From an uncultured Mycoplasmatota bacterium (GTDB lineage Bacteria; Bacillota_I; Bacilli_A; RF39; UBA660), in NCBI GenBank assembly GCA_947572405.1, contig CANPBV010000001.1, forward strand, positions 1-42,353: DNA of 42,353 bases, written 5' to 3'. Shown in pieces: positions 1 through 8,164 of this stretch (positions are counted from its first letter, which is position 1; the number at the start of each line of letters is the position of its first letter). The translations under genes and the position numbers were made by a program. Under the pieces are notes generated by a model. That model saw only the letters and a program-made list of their open reading frames with translations. It did not search any database and had not been told where the DNA came from.

Positions 1-78
1 AAATGTCGCTTATTCTGAATATCTCAATCAGTCATAAAGTTGAACACAACTTATGAGAAAAATACCAAAGATAAAAAA

Positions 79-443
79 ATGGGGGGATAAAAAAATTGAA
101 ATTAAAAGATATAAAAGTTGGTGATTATTTATTACCAAACTTAACTATAGAAAAACAATGAAGGAATTAACAGGTATGGTTATTTAAGATTGCACTATTT
201 AAAAGGAAACAATAAACCTCTTTATACAACACTTCTAATGAAAAATGAACTAACAAATCATCTTGTTTTAATTAGTATTGAAGCAGAAAATAGATTTAAT
301 ACTCTAATGGAACAATATAAAAATTCTAATAAATTACTATCTAAAAAAGTAAAACAGATAACCAACTTCAATGGGCAAAACGCATCAATAACTATAAAAA
401 TATTGCTGAGGAAATTATCTTAAAGGAAATAGTTTATGTATGA
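79..443 (+). pseudogene. TnpV-like transposon-associated protein, frameshifted remnant
   Basis: Three frame segments together spell a TnpV-type protein. The frame containing 117 reads KVGDYLLPNLTIEKQ, then a stop at 159-161. The frame of 190 reads RYGYLRLHYLKGNNKPLYTTLLMKNELTNHLVLISIEAENRFNTLMEQ. The frame of 345 reads TDNQLQWAKRINNYKNIAEEIILKEIVYV, then a stop at 441-443. The frame switches fall at the A5 run (151-155) and the A6/A4 runs (343-354). Family assignment is from memory of the TnpV consensus (GDYLLP..L, YLK....LY..LL..G.L..HL, W..RMNN....AEEI), not a search. Confidence 0.6.
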
Positions 444-447
444 AAAT

Positions 448-480
448 AAGGACTGCAAAACAAGCAGTCCTTTAAAATTT
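448..480 (+). terminator. Terminator-like hairpin after the TnpV remnant
   Basis: aaggactgc (448-456) pairs with gcagtcctt (464-472) across a 7-nt loop, followed by tttaaaattt. Confidence 0.5.
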
Positions 481-649
481 AACCATAATTCTTGATTTTT
501 CATATTTAACAAATTTTTATTATTTTCATTAAATTCCGATATGATGAAAGACATATTAAAAATTGTATTACTTGCTTTATCCAGCCAATTTCAGGGATTG
601 CTTATTATCTCTTCTAATCCTCCTTATTATGTCTAAAAATATTAATAAG

Positions 650-677
650 AAAAAAATTAGAAGATTCATCCTCTAAT
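650..677 (-). terminator. Rho-independent terminator downstream of XRE copy 1
   Basis: The minus strand reads attagagg-atgaat-cttctaat (8-bp stem with one G-U pair) followed by a T7 run. It lies 26 nt after the stop of 703..939. Confidence 0.5.
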
Positions 678-690
678 CTAAATTGAAACG

Positions 691-1012
691 CTTTTCTACT
701 TTTCAGAAATCCATTTCTTTAGACATTTTATCTAAAGTTGTGATTTCTTTCTTTTGATCAATAATTCTAAATTCATATCCACAAATATTCGCAATCTTTA
801 CAATTGTATCAAAATCAGGTTGACTGTTTTCCCTTTCATAGCTTGAAATTGTCGTATCTGCCAAATTTAACTTTTTCCCTAAATCTTTTTGAGATAACCC
901 TGCACTCAACCTCATATTTTTTAATATACTACCTATCATATGGTCTCACCAATAGTATTATGCCAAATTAAAAAAATTTTATCACAAAATCGCAAGAAAC
1001 TTATAATAATAT
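691..1012. repeat. Direct repeat copy 1 (XRE gene plus its upstream control region)
   Basis: Aligns with 1332-1653 at an offset of 641 bp. The core 724-992 is identical to 1365-1633 by eye. Substitutions cluster in the last 7 codons of the gene and beyond 993. Confidence 0.9.
703..939 (-). CDS. XRE-family helix-turn-helix transcriptional regulator (78 aa), copy 1
   Basis: HTH_3-type signature: LKNMRLSAGLSQKDLGKKLNLADTTISSYERENSQPDFDTIVKIANI. SD GGTGAG lies 5 nt before the ATG. An extended -10 (TGgCATAAT) lies upstream. Confidence 0.85.
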   Translation of the reverse strand: MIGSILKNMRLSAGLSQKDLGKKLNLADTTISSYERENSQPDFDTIVKIANICGYEFRIIDQKKEITTLDKMSKEMDF

Positions 1013-1331
1013 ATTTACTAAATATCATTATTTTATAAACTTTAAATAATTCATTTATTTCTATAAGGGCTAACACTACTTTTTAAGGTTAATAAATTAT
1101 AATAAACTTTTATTTCTTATAATACTTGCAATATTTATAATTAAATTATTTACCATTATCCATATAATGTAAGATATAATATGTAAAAATTATTACTAAT
1201 TTACTACTTTTGAAAGTGAATATATAAGAGGTTATACAAAAAACATTAAATTGCCAATAACAATTCCATTATTAAAATTTATACAAGATAGCTTTTCCTT
1301 CATTAAAAATTCACATAAAAAAACCATGAAT

Positions 1332-1653
1332 TTTTTCTGCTTTTCAAAAATCTTTTTCCTTTGACATTTTATCTAAAGTTGTGATTTCTTTCTTTTGATC
1401 AATAATTCTAAATTCATATCCACAAATATTCGCAATCTTTACAATTGTATCAAAATCAGGTTGACTGTTTTCCCTTTCATAGCTTGAAATTGTCGTATCT
1501 GCCAAATTTAACTTTTTCCCTAAATCTTTTTGAGATAACCCTGCACTCAACCTCATATTTTTTAATATACTACCTATCATATGGTCTCACCAATAGTATT
1601 ATGCCAAATTAAAAAAATTTTATCACAAAATCGAAAGAAGCTTGCAATAATAT
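1332..1653. repeat. Direct repeat copy 2 (XRE gene plus its upstream control region)
   Basis: See copy 1. The right end of the repeat falls inside the -35 box of the plus-strand promoter at 1642-1670. Confidence 0.9.
1344..1580 (-). CDS. XRE-family helix-turn-helix transcriptional regulator (78 aa), copy 2
   Basis: Protein identical to copy 1 except one residue near the C-terminus (EKDF versus EMDF). Same SD and upstream sequence. Confidence 0.85.
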   Translation of the reverse strand: MIGSILKNMRLSAGLSQKDLGKKLNLADTTISSYERENSQPDFDTIVKIANICGYEFRIIDQKKEITTLDKMSKEKDF

Positions 1654-1670
1654 GATGACAGTGATATAAT
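1642..1670 (+). promoter_or_regulatory. Sigma-A-type promoter divergent from XRE copy 2
   Basis: TTGCAA (1642-1647), 17-nt spacer, TATAAT (1665-1670) preceded by TGa (extended -10). The equivalent positions in copy 1 read TTATAA with no matching -10. Confidence 0.5.
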
Positions 1671-1682
1671 CTTTTTAGATGA

Positions 1683-1892
1683 ATGGAGGTCTTAACTATC
1701 AATAATAATTCTATTATTAAACTTTATTTAAAACATCTTATCATTCCATTAGAAGCACTCACTAAAAGTCCTGACTTTCTTATAAATTGTCCTAAAGAAA
1801 AACAGCACGCAATTAATCAATTATTATTAACTTATTACCAAGAATTAGAATTGCTGATGAAAGATAAAAATAGAAATTCTAAAATCCTCTAA
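1683..1892 (+). CDS. Hypothetical 69-aa protein
   Basis: Only an ORF downstream of the 1642-1670 promoter. No recognisable SD before the ATG and no recognised motif. Confidence 0.3.
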   Translation: MEVLTINNNSIIKLYLKHLIIPLEALTKSPDFLINCPKEKQHAINQLLLTYYQELELLMKDKNRNSKIL

Positions 1893-1934
1893 TCCTACAT
1901 ATAGTTTATTGTAGAAAGAGAGGAATCAATTTAT

Positions 1935-2195
1935 ATGGAAACATTAAAAGTTTCATCGAAATCAAATCCAAATAGTGTTGCAGGAGCACTCGCAAACGTA
2001 TTTAGAGAAAAAGGCAGTGTAGAAATTCAAGCGATTGGTGCTGGTGCTTTAAATCAAGCAATCAAAGCAATTGCGATTGCCAGAGGGTTCGTAGCACCCA
2101 GTGGGAAAAACCTTATCTGTATTCCAGCTTTTACAGATATCGTAATTGATGGAGATGAAAGGACTGCAATTAAGCTAATTGTAGAAGCAAGATAA
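1935..2195 (+). CDS. spoVS: Stage V sporulation protein S
   Basis: The 86-aa sequence METLKVSSKSNPNSVAGALANV...IQAIGAGALNQAIKAIAIARGF...IPAFTDIVIDGDERTAIKLIVE is a near-canonical SpoVS. SD GAGAGGA lies upstream. Confidence 0.95.
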   Translation: METLKVSSKSNPNSVAGALANVFREKGSVEIQAIGAGALNQAIKAIAIARGFVAPSGKNLICIPAFTDIVIDGDERTAIKLIVEAR

Positions 2196-2216
2196 AAGAA
2201 GGAAACTTCTTTTTTT
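2195..2216 (+). terminator. Hairpin terminator between convergent spoVS and mreD
   Basis: agaag (2197-2201), loop gaaa, cttct (2206-2210), then a T-run at 2211-2215. Confidence 0.55.
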
Positions 2217-2703
2217 AATGATAAAATTCTACCTTTTTATATTTATTTAGCATCCACAATATTCCATATAAAATAATAATATATATAAGATTACTAACCA
2301 CTGAATAAAAAACAGAATTTAGAAAAAATGACAAGGAAAATGTAATTCTTCTGGATAACAAAAATAACACAAAATTAAAAATTTGATAAATCGTAATCAT
2401 AATAAAATTCAGAAGCAACAATGTCCAAAAGTTTTTGTCAAAAAAATGATATAACAGAGAAACCATATACCCCAATATACAAAATAAAAAACCATGAACA
2501 AAAATCATATTTGTATAAGCAATGTCATATAAAATCCCCATTATAAGACAAGTTCCCAAAAAAGAATTATCATACTTTCTAAAATAGGGATAAATAAGAA
2601 TCAAAGAAACCAAAGTAAAAAGCGGGAAAAATAGAGGTGTCTTAAAAAGCACTGAACATAAACCTTCTAAATAAAAAGAAGCAACCACTAAAAAATATAT
2701 CAT
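2215..2703 (-). CDS. mreD: Rod shape-determining protein MreD (polytopic membrane protein)
   Basis: 162-aa hydrophobic protein. It overlaps the mreC stop by 4 nt, in the canonical position after mreC. Confidence 0.7.
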   Translation of the reverse strand: MIYFLVVASFYLEGLCSVLFKTPLFFPLFTLVSLILIYPYFRKYDNSFLGTCLIMGILYDIAYTNMIFVHGFLFCILGYMVSLLYHFFDKNFWTLLLLNFIMITIYQIFNFVLFLLSRRITFSLSFFLNSVFYSVVSNLIYIIILYGILWMLNKYKKVEFYH

Positions 2704-3530
2704 GATTCTAAATCTCCTCGTTTTAAAATAGTTACATAACTTAAAGCTTCAAAATTAACTTTTGACTCTACCTCTACTACCCTAGCCAAATCAAAATTAT
2801 CACTTGTTACTCCCTTTACATATCCAATAATAATTCCAGCGGGGATATTTTCTCCTAATCCAGATGTTGTAACCAAAGAACCCATTGGAATCTCTGTATT
2901 CTCCGCAATACCTTCTACTTTAAGAGTCTTACTATTCTGATTATATCCAGATAATAAACCGTATATATGGTGTTCTCCCACTTCTATTTTTACAGATATT
3001 GGTTTTGGAAACTCTTCCATCGTAAGGAGTTTTACAGAACTGCTAAAATTACTAACACTACTAGTTAACCCTACCAATCCCTCATTCACAACAACTGGTA
3101 AATCATTTTGGATCCCACTTTTTTCCCCTTTATCAAGCGTAATTATTTGATACCAATAACTAGCATTTCGATTAATTACAGTTGCGTTTAAATAGCTCTG
3201 GTCTGACAAAACAGTATTTAAATCTAATACCTTCTTTAACTCTTTTAATTGATGTTCCAATTCCTGATTCTTTGCTTCTAAATTTTTATAAGAGGAGGCT
3301 TCTTCCTTTAATTTTTTTAATTCCTGATCAGATATTTTATCCCCGGCTAAATGGAAGGGCTTTAAAATAACCTTTTGAACAAAAAGGACACTATCTTTTA
3401 ACCACATTTCCACAGTGGTTAACCTTCCTCTTCTATTTAATATCAACACACTTCCGATAAAAGAAACTACTACAACTAAAATAACAATACTGATTCTTTT
3501 ATATTTTTTTCGTTTCCTTTTCTTATACAT
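2700..3530 (-). CDS. mreC: Rod shape-determining protein MreC
   Basis: N-terminal basic region plus TM, a coiled coil (NLEAKNQELEHQLKELKK), then MreC beta-domain motifs (VVVNEGLVGLTSSV, VTTSGLGENIPAGIIIGYV). Confidence 0.85.
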   Translation of the reverse strand: MYKKRKRKKYKRISIVILVVVVSFIGSVLILNRRGRLTTVEMWLKDSVLFVQKVILKPFHLAGDKISDQELKKLKEEASSYKNLEAKNQELEHQLKELKKVLDLNTVLSDQSYLNATVINRNASYWYQIITLDKGEKSGIQNDLPVVVNEGLVGLTSSVSNFSSSVKLLTMEEFPKPISVKIEVGEHHIYGLLSGYNQNSKTLKVEGIAENTEIPMGSLVTTSGLGENIPAGIIIGYVKGVTSDNFDLARVVEVESKVNFEALSYVTILKRGDLES

Positions 3531-3542
3531 ATTGTTTCCTTT

Positions 3543-4223
3543 CTATAACCTATCATCTTCAAAAAAGCTATAATAACTATCACGCCCAATAATCACATGG
3601 TCCAAAATAGGAATTCCCAATAATAATCCAATTTCTTTTAAACGATTTGTTAAATGAATATCTTCTCTACTTGGTGTCACCACTCCTGATGGGTGATTAT
3701 GGACACAAATAATTCCAGAAGCATCTACCAAATAAGCCTCTTTAAAAATTTCCCTTGGATGAACCAAACTTTGATTTAATGTTCCAACAAATAATAGGCT
3801 TTCTTTAATAAAACGTTTTTGACTATCTACATAAATACAATAAAAATGTTCTTGACTGGTCTTAGAAAAATAACTTTTATAATATTCAAAAACCAATTCT
3901 GCTTGATTGATACGTTTTTTCTCTAAAATAACAGGCTGATGTAATCGTTCACCTAATTCAATAGCAGCCAAGATAGAACAAGCCTTGCTATCCCCAATTC
4001 CCTCTCTATGAATTAGTTGCTCATATGTAATATTCCTGATATCTTGCACATTTTCATAAGACCGTAATAAATCTTGTGCAATATCTTTGACAGATTTCCT
4101 TTTTGACCCACTCTTAATAATGAGAGCTAATAATTCCTCATTGCTAAGAACATTCGCTCCATACTTTAATAATCTTTCCCTAGGTCTTTCCTCCTTAGGC
4201 AGTTCCTTGATCATCGCGCTCAC
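3543..4223 (-). CDS. radC: RadC-family JAB/MPN domain protein (UPF0758)
   Basis: IKELPKEERPRERL N-terminus, an HhH region, and the JAMM motif VHNHPSGVVTPSREDI. Probable GTG start 10 nt after GAGGAG. Confidence 0.9.
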   Translation of the reverse strand: MSAMIKELPKEERPRERLLKYGANVLSNEELLALIIKSGSKRKSVKDIAQDLLRSYENVQDIRNITYEQLIHREGIGDSKACSILAAIELGERLHQPVILEKKRINQAELVFEYYKSYFSKTSQEHFYCIYVDSQKRFIKESLLFVGTLNQSLVHPREIFKEAYLVDASGIICVHNHPSGVVTPSREDIHLTNRLKEIGLLLGIPILDHVIIGRDSYYSFFEDDRL

Positions 4224-4683
4224 TATTTACCAACTCCTCATATTTTGCTAGTACTTGCCCACATATAGCACTGTAGCTATTTGCATCTGGCGCTTGCTCT
4301 AACATCGTATCATACTGCTCTAAAACAGTTAAAAAAGCCACATTGGAAACGCCAAATTTCTTCACATAAATATTATACCCAGAAGCAATAAAGAAATCCT
4401 TAAGTTTCGTAGCATTTTCTTCCTTTAAAGTCATTCCAACATAAACATAATATTTTCCATTATCAATCTGATAAATATAATATGGAATTTTGGCAACATT
4501 TTCTTCCATACTTTCTTTGCTAGAATATACCCCTATCTGTAAAAAATAGACCTCTTTTACAACATCCTTTGTTTTTCCTACAACTTGTAAATCCTCCTTA
4601 TTATATTGCTTCAATAAAAAAGTTCCTAATAAAAAACCAGTTAAAAGCGCTAATAAGACTGGAATAATTACTCTTTTTATCAT
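4195..4683 (-). CDS. Membrane-anchored SPOR-domain protein
   Basis: N-terminal TM (VIIPVLLALLTGFLLGTFLL), then a SPOR-like repeat (FLQIGVYSSKESMEENV...YYVYVGMTLKEENATKL). Start chosen at the ATG 5 nt after GGTGA; the ORF extends to 4698. The 3' end overlaps radC by 29 nt. Confidence 0.6.
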   Translation of the reverse strand: MIKRVIIPVLLALLTGFLLGTFLLKQYNKEDLQVVGKTKDVVKEVYFLQIGVYSSKESMEENVAKIPYYIYQIDNGKYYVYVGMTLKEENATKLKDFFIASGYNIYVKKFGVSNVAFLTVLEQYDTMLEQAPDANSYSAICGQVLAKYEELVNSERDDQGTA

Positions 4684-4731
4684 ATCAATCACCATCATAA
4701 TTTTATCAGATTTTTTGCAAATTTACTGTCG

Positions 4732-4760
4732 AAAAAAAGATAGAAATGCAAATTCCTATC
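4732..4760 (-). terminator. Rho-independent terminator after proS
   Basis: The minus strand reads gataggaa-tttgca-tttctatc followed by T7 (plus-strand A-run 4732-4738). Confidence 0.5.
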
Positions 4761-4794
4761 CTTCCTTTTTCTTAAGTTAATAACATTGGGATTG

Positions 4795-6489
4795 CTACTC
4801 TTTTACTATTTCTTTTATTTTAAAAAGCGCTTCTTCTACCCTAACGTCTATAGAGACTTTTTCTTTTCTAAGTTTCCATTCTATAAAACCCTCTGTCGCC
4901 TTCTTTCCAACTGTAATACGAATTGGAATTCCAATCAAATCCATGTCTTTAAACTTAACACCTGGACGTTCATCACGATCATCCAATAAAACATCAATGC
5001 CTTCCTTAGAAAACGTTTCATATAAAGTATTTGCAACTTCAACCTGCTTTTCATCTTTGTCATTAATTAAAACAATCGCTACTTGATAAGGTGCAATAGA
5101 GATTGGCCATATAATTCCATTTTCATCATTATTTTGCTCTATTGTTGCTGCAAATATTCTACCAAGTCCTATTCCATAACACCCCATCACAACTGGATGT
5201 AATTCATTATTATTATCTAAATATTCAAGATGTAAGCTTTCAGAATATTTTGTTCCAAGTTTAAATGTATTTCCAATTTCTATTCCTTTTTTAAAGAGTA
5301 ATGGCGCTCCACATTTAGGACAAGCATCACCTTCTTTTACATTCTTAATATCGGCTACCATATCATAAGAAAAATCACTCATATTTATATTAATATAATG
5401 ATAATCTGTTTTATTAGCACCTACTAAGAAATTATGCATGTGTAAAACATCATGGTCTATAATAATTGGAATATTTAATCCAATTGGACCTGCAAACCCG
5501 ACCTCTGCACCAGTTATTTTTTTAACATCTTCAAAGTCTGCAAGTGTCACTTCGGATACATTTAATAATTTAGAAAGTTTTAACTCATTAATTTCTCTAT
5601 CGCCTGCTACCATACAAGCATAAAACTTATCACCAGCCTTATAAATCAATGTTTTCACAATTTTATCAACACTGATATTCAAAAAATTAACAAGCTGTTC
5701 TACAGTTCCATATCCTTTTGTTTCGATTAATTCTTTTGGAAGTAATGCCTCCTTTGTTTCTTTTTTATTCTCTACACATTCACTCACTTCAATATTGGAA
5801 GCATAATCACAAGATGGACATAATACCAAAATATCCTCTCCAATATCTGTAACGGCTTGAAACTCTTCCGAAAGTAACCCTCCCATAGCTCCAGTATCTG
5901 CTCTTACAATCTTATAATCAATTCCAATTTCATCAAAAATACGTTTGTAAGCTTCAAACATTTTTTGATAAGAAATATCTAATGTTTCTAAGTCAGTATC
6001 GAAACTATAGGCATCCTTCATAAAAAATTCGCGAACTCGAATGAGTCCATATCTTGGCCTGGTCTCATCACGATATTTATTTCCTATTTGATAAATATTA
6101 AATGGCATATCTTTATAGGATTTGATTTTCATTTTGGCAGCGTCCACAAAAAGTTCTTCATGGGTTGGGCCCAAAGAATAAGAACGATTATAACGATCCT
6201 TTAAAGTAAACATATTACTACCAAAATTATCCCTTCTACCACTTGCAATATAAATTTCTTCTGGAAGCAAAGAAGGCATCAATAATTCTGAAGCACCTGA
6301 TCCGTTCATATGTTTTCGAATGACTTTCTTTATTTTTTCTAATGTTTGTAACCCAAGTGGCATATACATATAAATTCCATTACTTGTTTTTTTTATCATT
6401 CCGCTTTTTACAAGTAATTTTCCGCTGATCGATTCTTCATCTTTAATATCTTCTCTAATGGTATAGAAAAAACTATTTCTTAACTTCAT
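4795..6489 (-). CDS. proS: Proline--tRNA ligase, bacterial type with editing insertion
   Basis: 564 aa. Class II motifs (FRDEtRPRYGLIRVREF, GCYGIGLGRI) and an internal INS-type editing domain. SD GAGGTGA. Confidence 0.95.
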   Translation of the reverse strand: MKLRNSFFYTIREDIKDEESISGKLLVKSGMIKKTSNGIYMYMPLGLQTLEKIKKVIRKHMNGSGASELLMPSLLPEEIYIASGRRDNFGSNMFTLKDRYNRSYSLGPTHEELFVDAAKMKIKSYKDMPFNIYQIGNKYRDETRPRYGLIRVREFFMKDAYSFDTDLETLDISYQKMFEAYKRIFDEIGIDYKIVRADTGAMGGLLSEEFQAVTDIGEDILVLCPSCDYASNIEVSECVENKKETKEALLPKELIETKGYGTVEQLVNFLNISVDKIVKTLIYKAGDKFYACMVAGDREINELKLSKLLNVSEVTLADFEDVKKITGAEVGFAGPIGLNIPIIIDHDVLHMHNFLVGANKTDYHYININMSDFSYDMVADIKNVKEGDACPKCGAPLLFKKGIEIGNTFKLGTKYSESLHLEYLDNNNELHPVVMGCYGIGLGRIFAATIEQNNDENGIIWPISIAPYQVAIVLINDKDEKQVEVANTLYETFSKEGIDVLLDDRDERPGVKFKDMDLIGIPIRITVGKKATEGFIEWKLRKEKVSIDVRVEEALFKIKEIVKE

Positions 6490-7508
6490 TTTATCACCTC
6501 TTCTTCTTTTTTTATAAACAGTTCTGGATGTTTATGCCACTTTTTACTTAACTCATTACTAAATCCAAATGTTGCATTCGGAAATTCTTTTTTTAATATT
6601 TTTCCTAATTCGTTGTGTTTCTTGCCAAAATTTCCAAAATTAAATGGATTTTTTTGATCGAAAGAGAATACAATCCAACTTTTTCCCGTTGTAATTCCGT
6701 TTTGTTTTATTATTTTTTCATAAATCCATGCGACATTTTTCTTTTCAGCTACTGTCATTCCGCCTGTTTTAGAAATCAAATAATGTTTTGTAATATAAAT
6801 ATTTTTATCATGATAAGAGTATTCATTAGACTCTAGTTCATTCATTATTTTTTCCACGCTTTTTTCATCACCAAGTGTGATATTCTTATTCAAATGATAC
6901 TTTTCAGGATGAATTACAAATTTAATTTGTTTTGCAATCAGAATCACAAATAAAATGATAACTCCTGTTCCTAGAATTGCCCACATATAAATACCTGTTT
7001 TGGAACCACCATATTCATTGAATTGAACAAGCGTAAAATTACTCATCACTTCTTCTCTAGTGGCTTCTTCTTTCATTGAATTCACATATGCTTCCTTAAT
7101 CACATTATATCCTTTTAATTTTGCTCCTGTATCAAATTTCTCCAATTTTCCTTTCATAACAATATCTTCTGAGTCAGTTGCAAAAAGCTGTTGCGCTTTT
7201 GAAGGTGTTATTAAACTAATCATGAAATATCCATTTAAATCAACATCTACAAACCTGGCTACTACCTTTTTATTATGTATATAGTCATAATTGGCATCAT
7301 AGGCTTTTTTTGTATGAATTTCTACATAAGGATTTTCTTTAAAGCAACGACCTAAGTCCTCTTCATTGTATACTTTACAATACGAGACTAAACTTTGAGG
7401 GGTAATATCTCCTATTATCATCAAAGCTATTGTTATTACAATAAAGAATATCCAAACAAAGATAACTTTTATGCTGTGCATTTTAATCATTTTTTTAAGA
7501 TTTTCCAT
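6486..7508 (-). CDS. Hypothetical two-TM membrane protein
   Basis: Start set at MENLKK (ATG 7508, SD AGGAG at 7514-7518) rather than the ORF-track start at 7634. TM segments at IKVIFVWIFFIVITIALMIIG and IYMWAILGTGVIILFVILIA. The stop overlaps the proS ATG (ATGA). Confidence 0.6.
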   Translation of the reverse strand: MENLKKMIKMHSIKVIFVWIFFIVITIALMIIGDITPQSLVSYCKVYNEEDLGRCFKENPYVEIHTKKAYDANYDYIHNKKVVARFVDVDLNGYFMISLITPSKAQQLFATDSEDIVMKGKLEKFDTGAKLKGYNVIKEAYVNSMKEEATREEVMSNFTLVQFNEYGGSKTGIYMWAILGTGVIILFVILIAKQIKFVIHPEKYHLNKNITLGDEKSVEKIMNELESNEYSYHDKNIYITKHYLISKTGGMTVAEKKNVAWIYEKIIKQNGITTGKSWIVFSFDQKNPFNFGNFGKKHNELGKILKKEFPNATFGFSNELSKKWHKHPELFIKKEEEVIK

Positions 7509-7602
7509 ATGAAACACTCCTCTTAAATCTATTTTATTATACCATGAATATGTATATTTTTTTATACTTTTTATCACAATAATGTTAGAAAGGATGATGA
7601 AT

Positions 7603-7815
7603 ATGCAAACAGTACCAGTAATGATTTCTACCAAAGATTTAGCATATCTTTCAGATATGTTTGAATGGAACTTTACGGCTTCTAAAGTTGCAAACCATTA
7701 TAGCAAAGAAGTTCAAAAAGAAGAAATCAAAAGTTTCATCTTAAAAGTCGCAGAAGTTCATAAAGAAAATTGTGAAAAATGTATTCAAATGTTAGGGGGA
7801 AATTATGAAAATTGA
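7603..7815 (+). CDS. Small protein upstream of and overlapping the CotF-like gene
   Basis: 71 aa from MQTVPV (SD AAAGGA 8 nt upstream). Overlaps the next gene by 11 nt. No independent motif recognised. Confidence 0.5.
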   Translation: MQTVPVMISTKDLAYLSDMFEWNFTASKVANHYSKEVQKEEIKSFILKVAEVHKENCEKCIQMLGGNYEN

Positions 7816-8113
7816 AAATCCAAAAACTGAAATTCCAGAAAATCAAGAATTAAATGACCGTGATTATTTAAATTCTATTCTAGAATGTTTGAAAAATATG
7901 TCCAACAATTTTAGTATTGCATTAAATGAATGTAGCAATGAAACAATGTACAAAGAAGTTTTTAAAATGTTTGAAAGTACAAAAGATTTAGCACGTGAAG
8001 CATACAATCTTATGTTTGAAAATGGATGGTATTCTTTAGAACAAGCGGAAGAACAAAAAATAATGAGTAAACAAAATGATTGTACACTCAAAATGAAACA
8101 GTTAATGGACTAA
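7805..8113 (+). CDS. Coat F domain (CotF-like) spore coat protein
   Basis: LNDRDYLNSILECLKNMSNNFSIALNECSNETMYKEVF...NLMFENGWYSLEQA matches the Coat_F pattern as I recall it. Confidence 0.7.
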   Translation: MKIENPKTEIPENQELNDRDYLNSILECLKNMSNNFSIALNECSNETMYKEVFKMFESTKDLAREAYNLMFENGWYSLEQAEEQKIMSKQNDCTLKMKQLMD

Positions 8114-8124
8114 CTGTTTTTTTG
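8096..8124 (+). terminator. Terminator hairpin enclosing the CotF-like stop codon
   Basis: aaacagtta (8096-8104), loop atggac, taactgttt (8111-8119), then a T-run. Confidence 0.55.
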
Positions 8125-8164
8125 TTTTCTAAAAATAGTAAATCATATACCAAATATTATAGAC

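Noticed and set aside
611-680. Repeated tctaat-containing motifs (also at 1886-1895), considered as attachment-site or element-end repeats
   Set aside because: The copies at 656-677 form the stem of the terminator after XRE copy 1. The others are short (6-8 nt) and expected by chance at this composition.
7509-7634. N-terminal 42-codon extension of the membrane-protein ORF (ORF-track start 7634)
   Set aside because: No SD at 7634, whereas the internal ATG at 7508 has AGGAG at the correct spacing. The extension would also run across the start region of the divergent plus-strand gene (ATG 7603).
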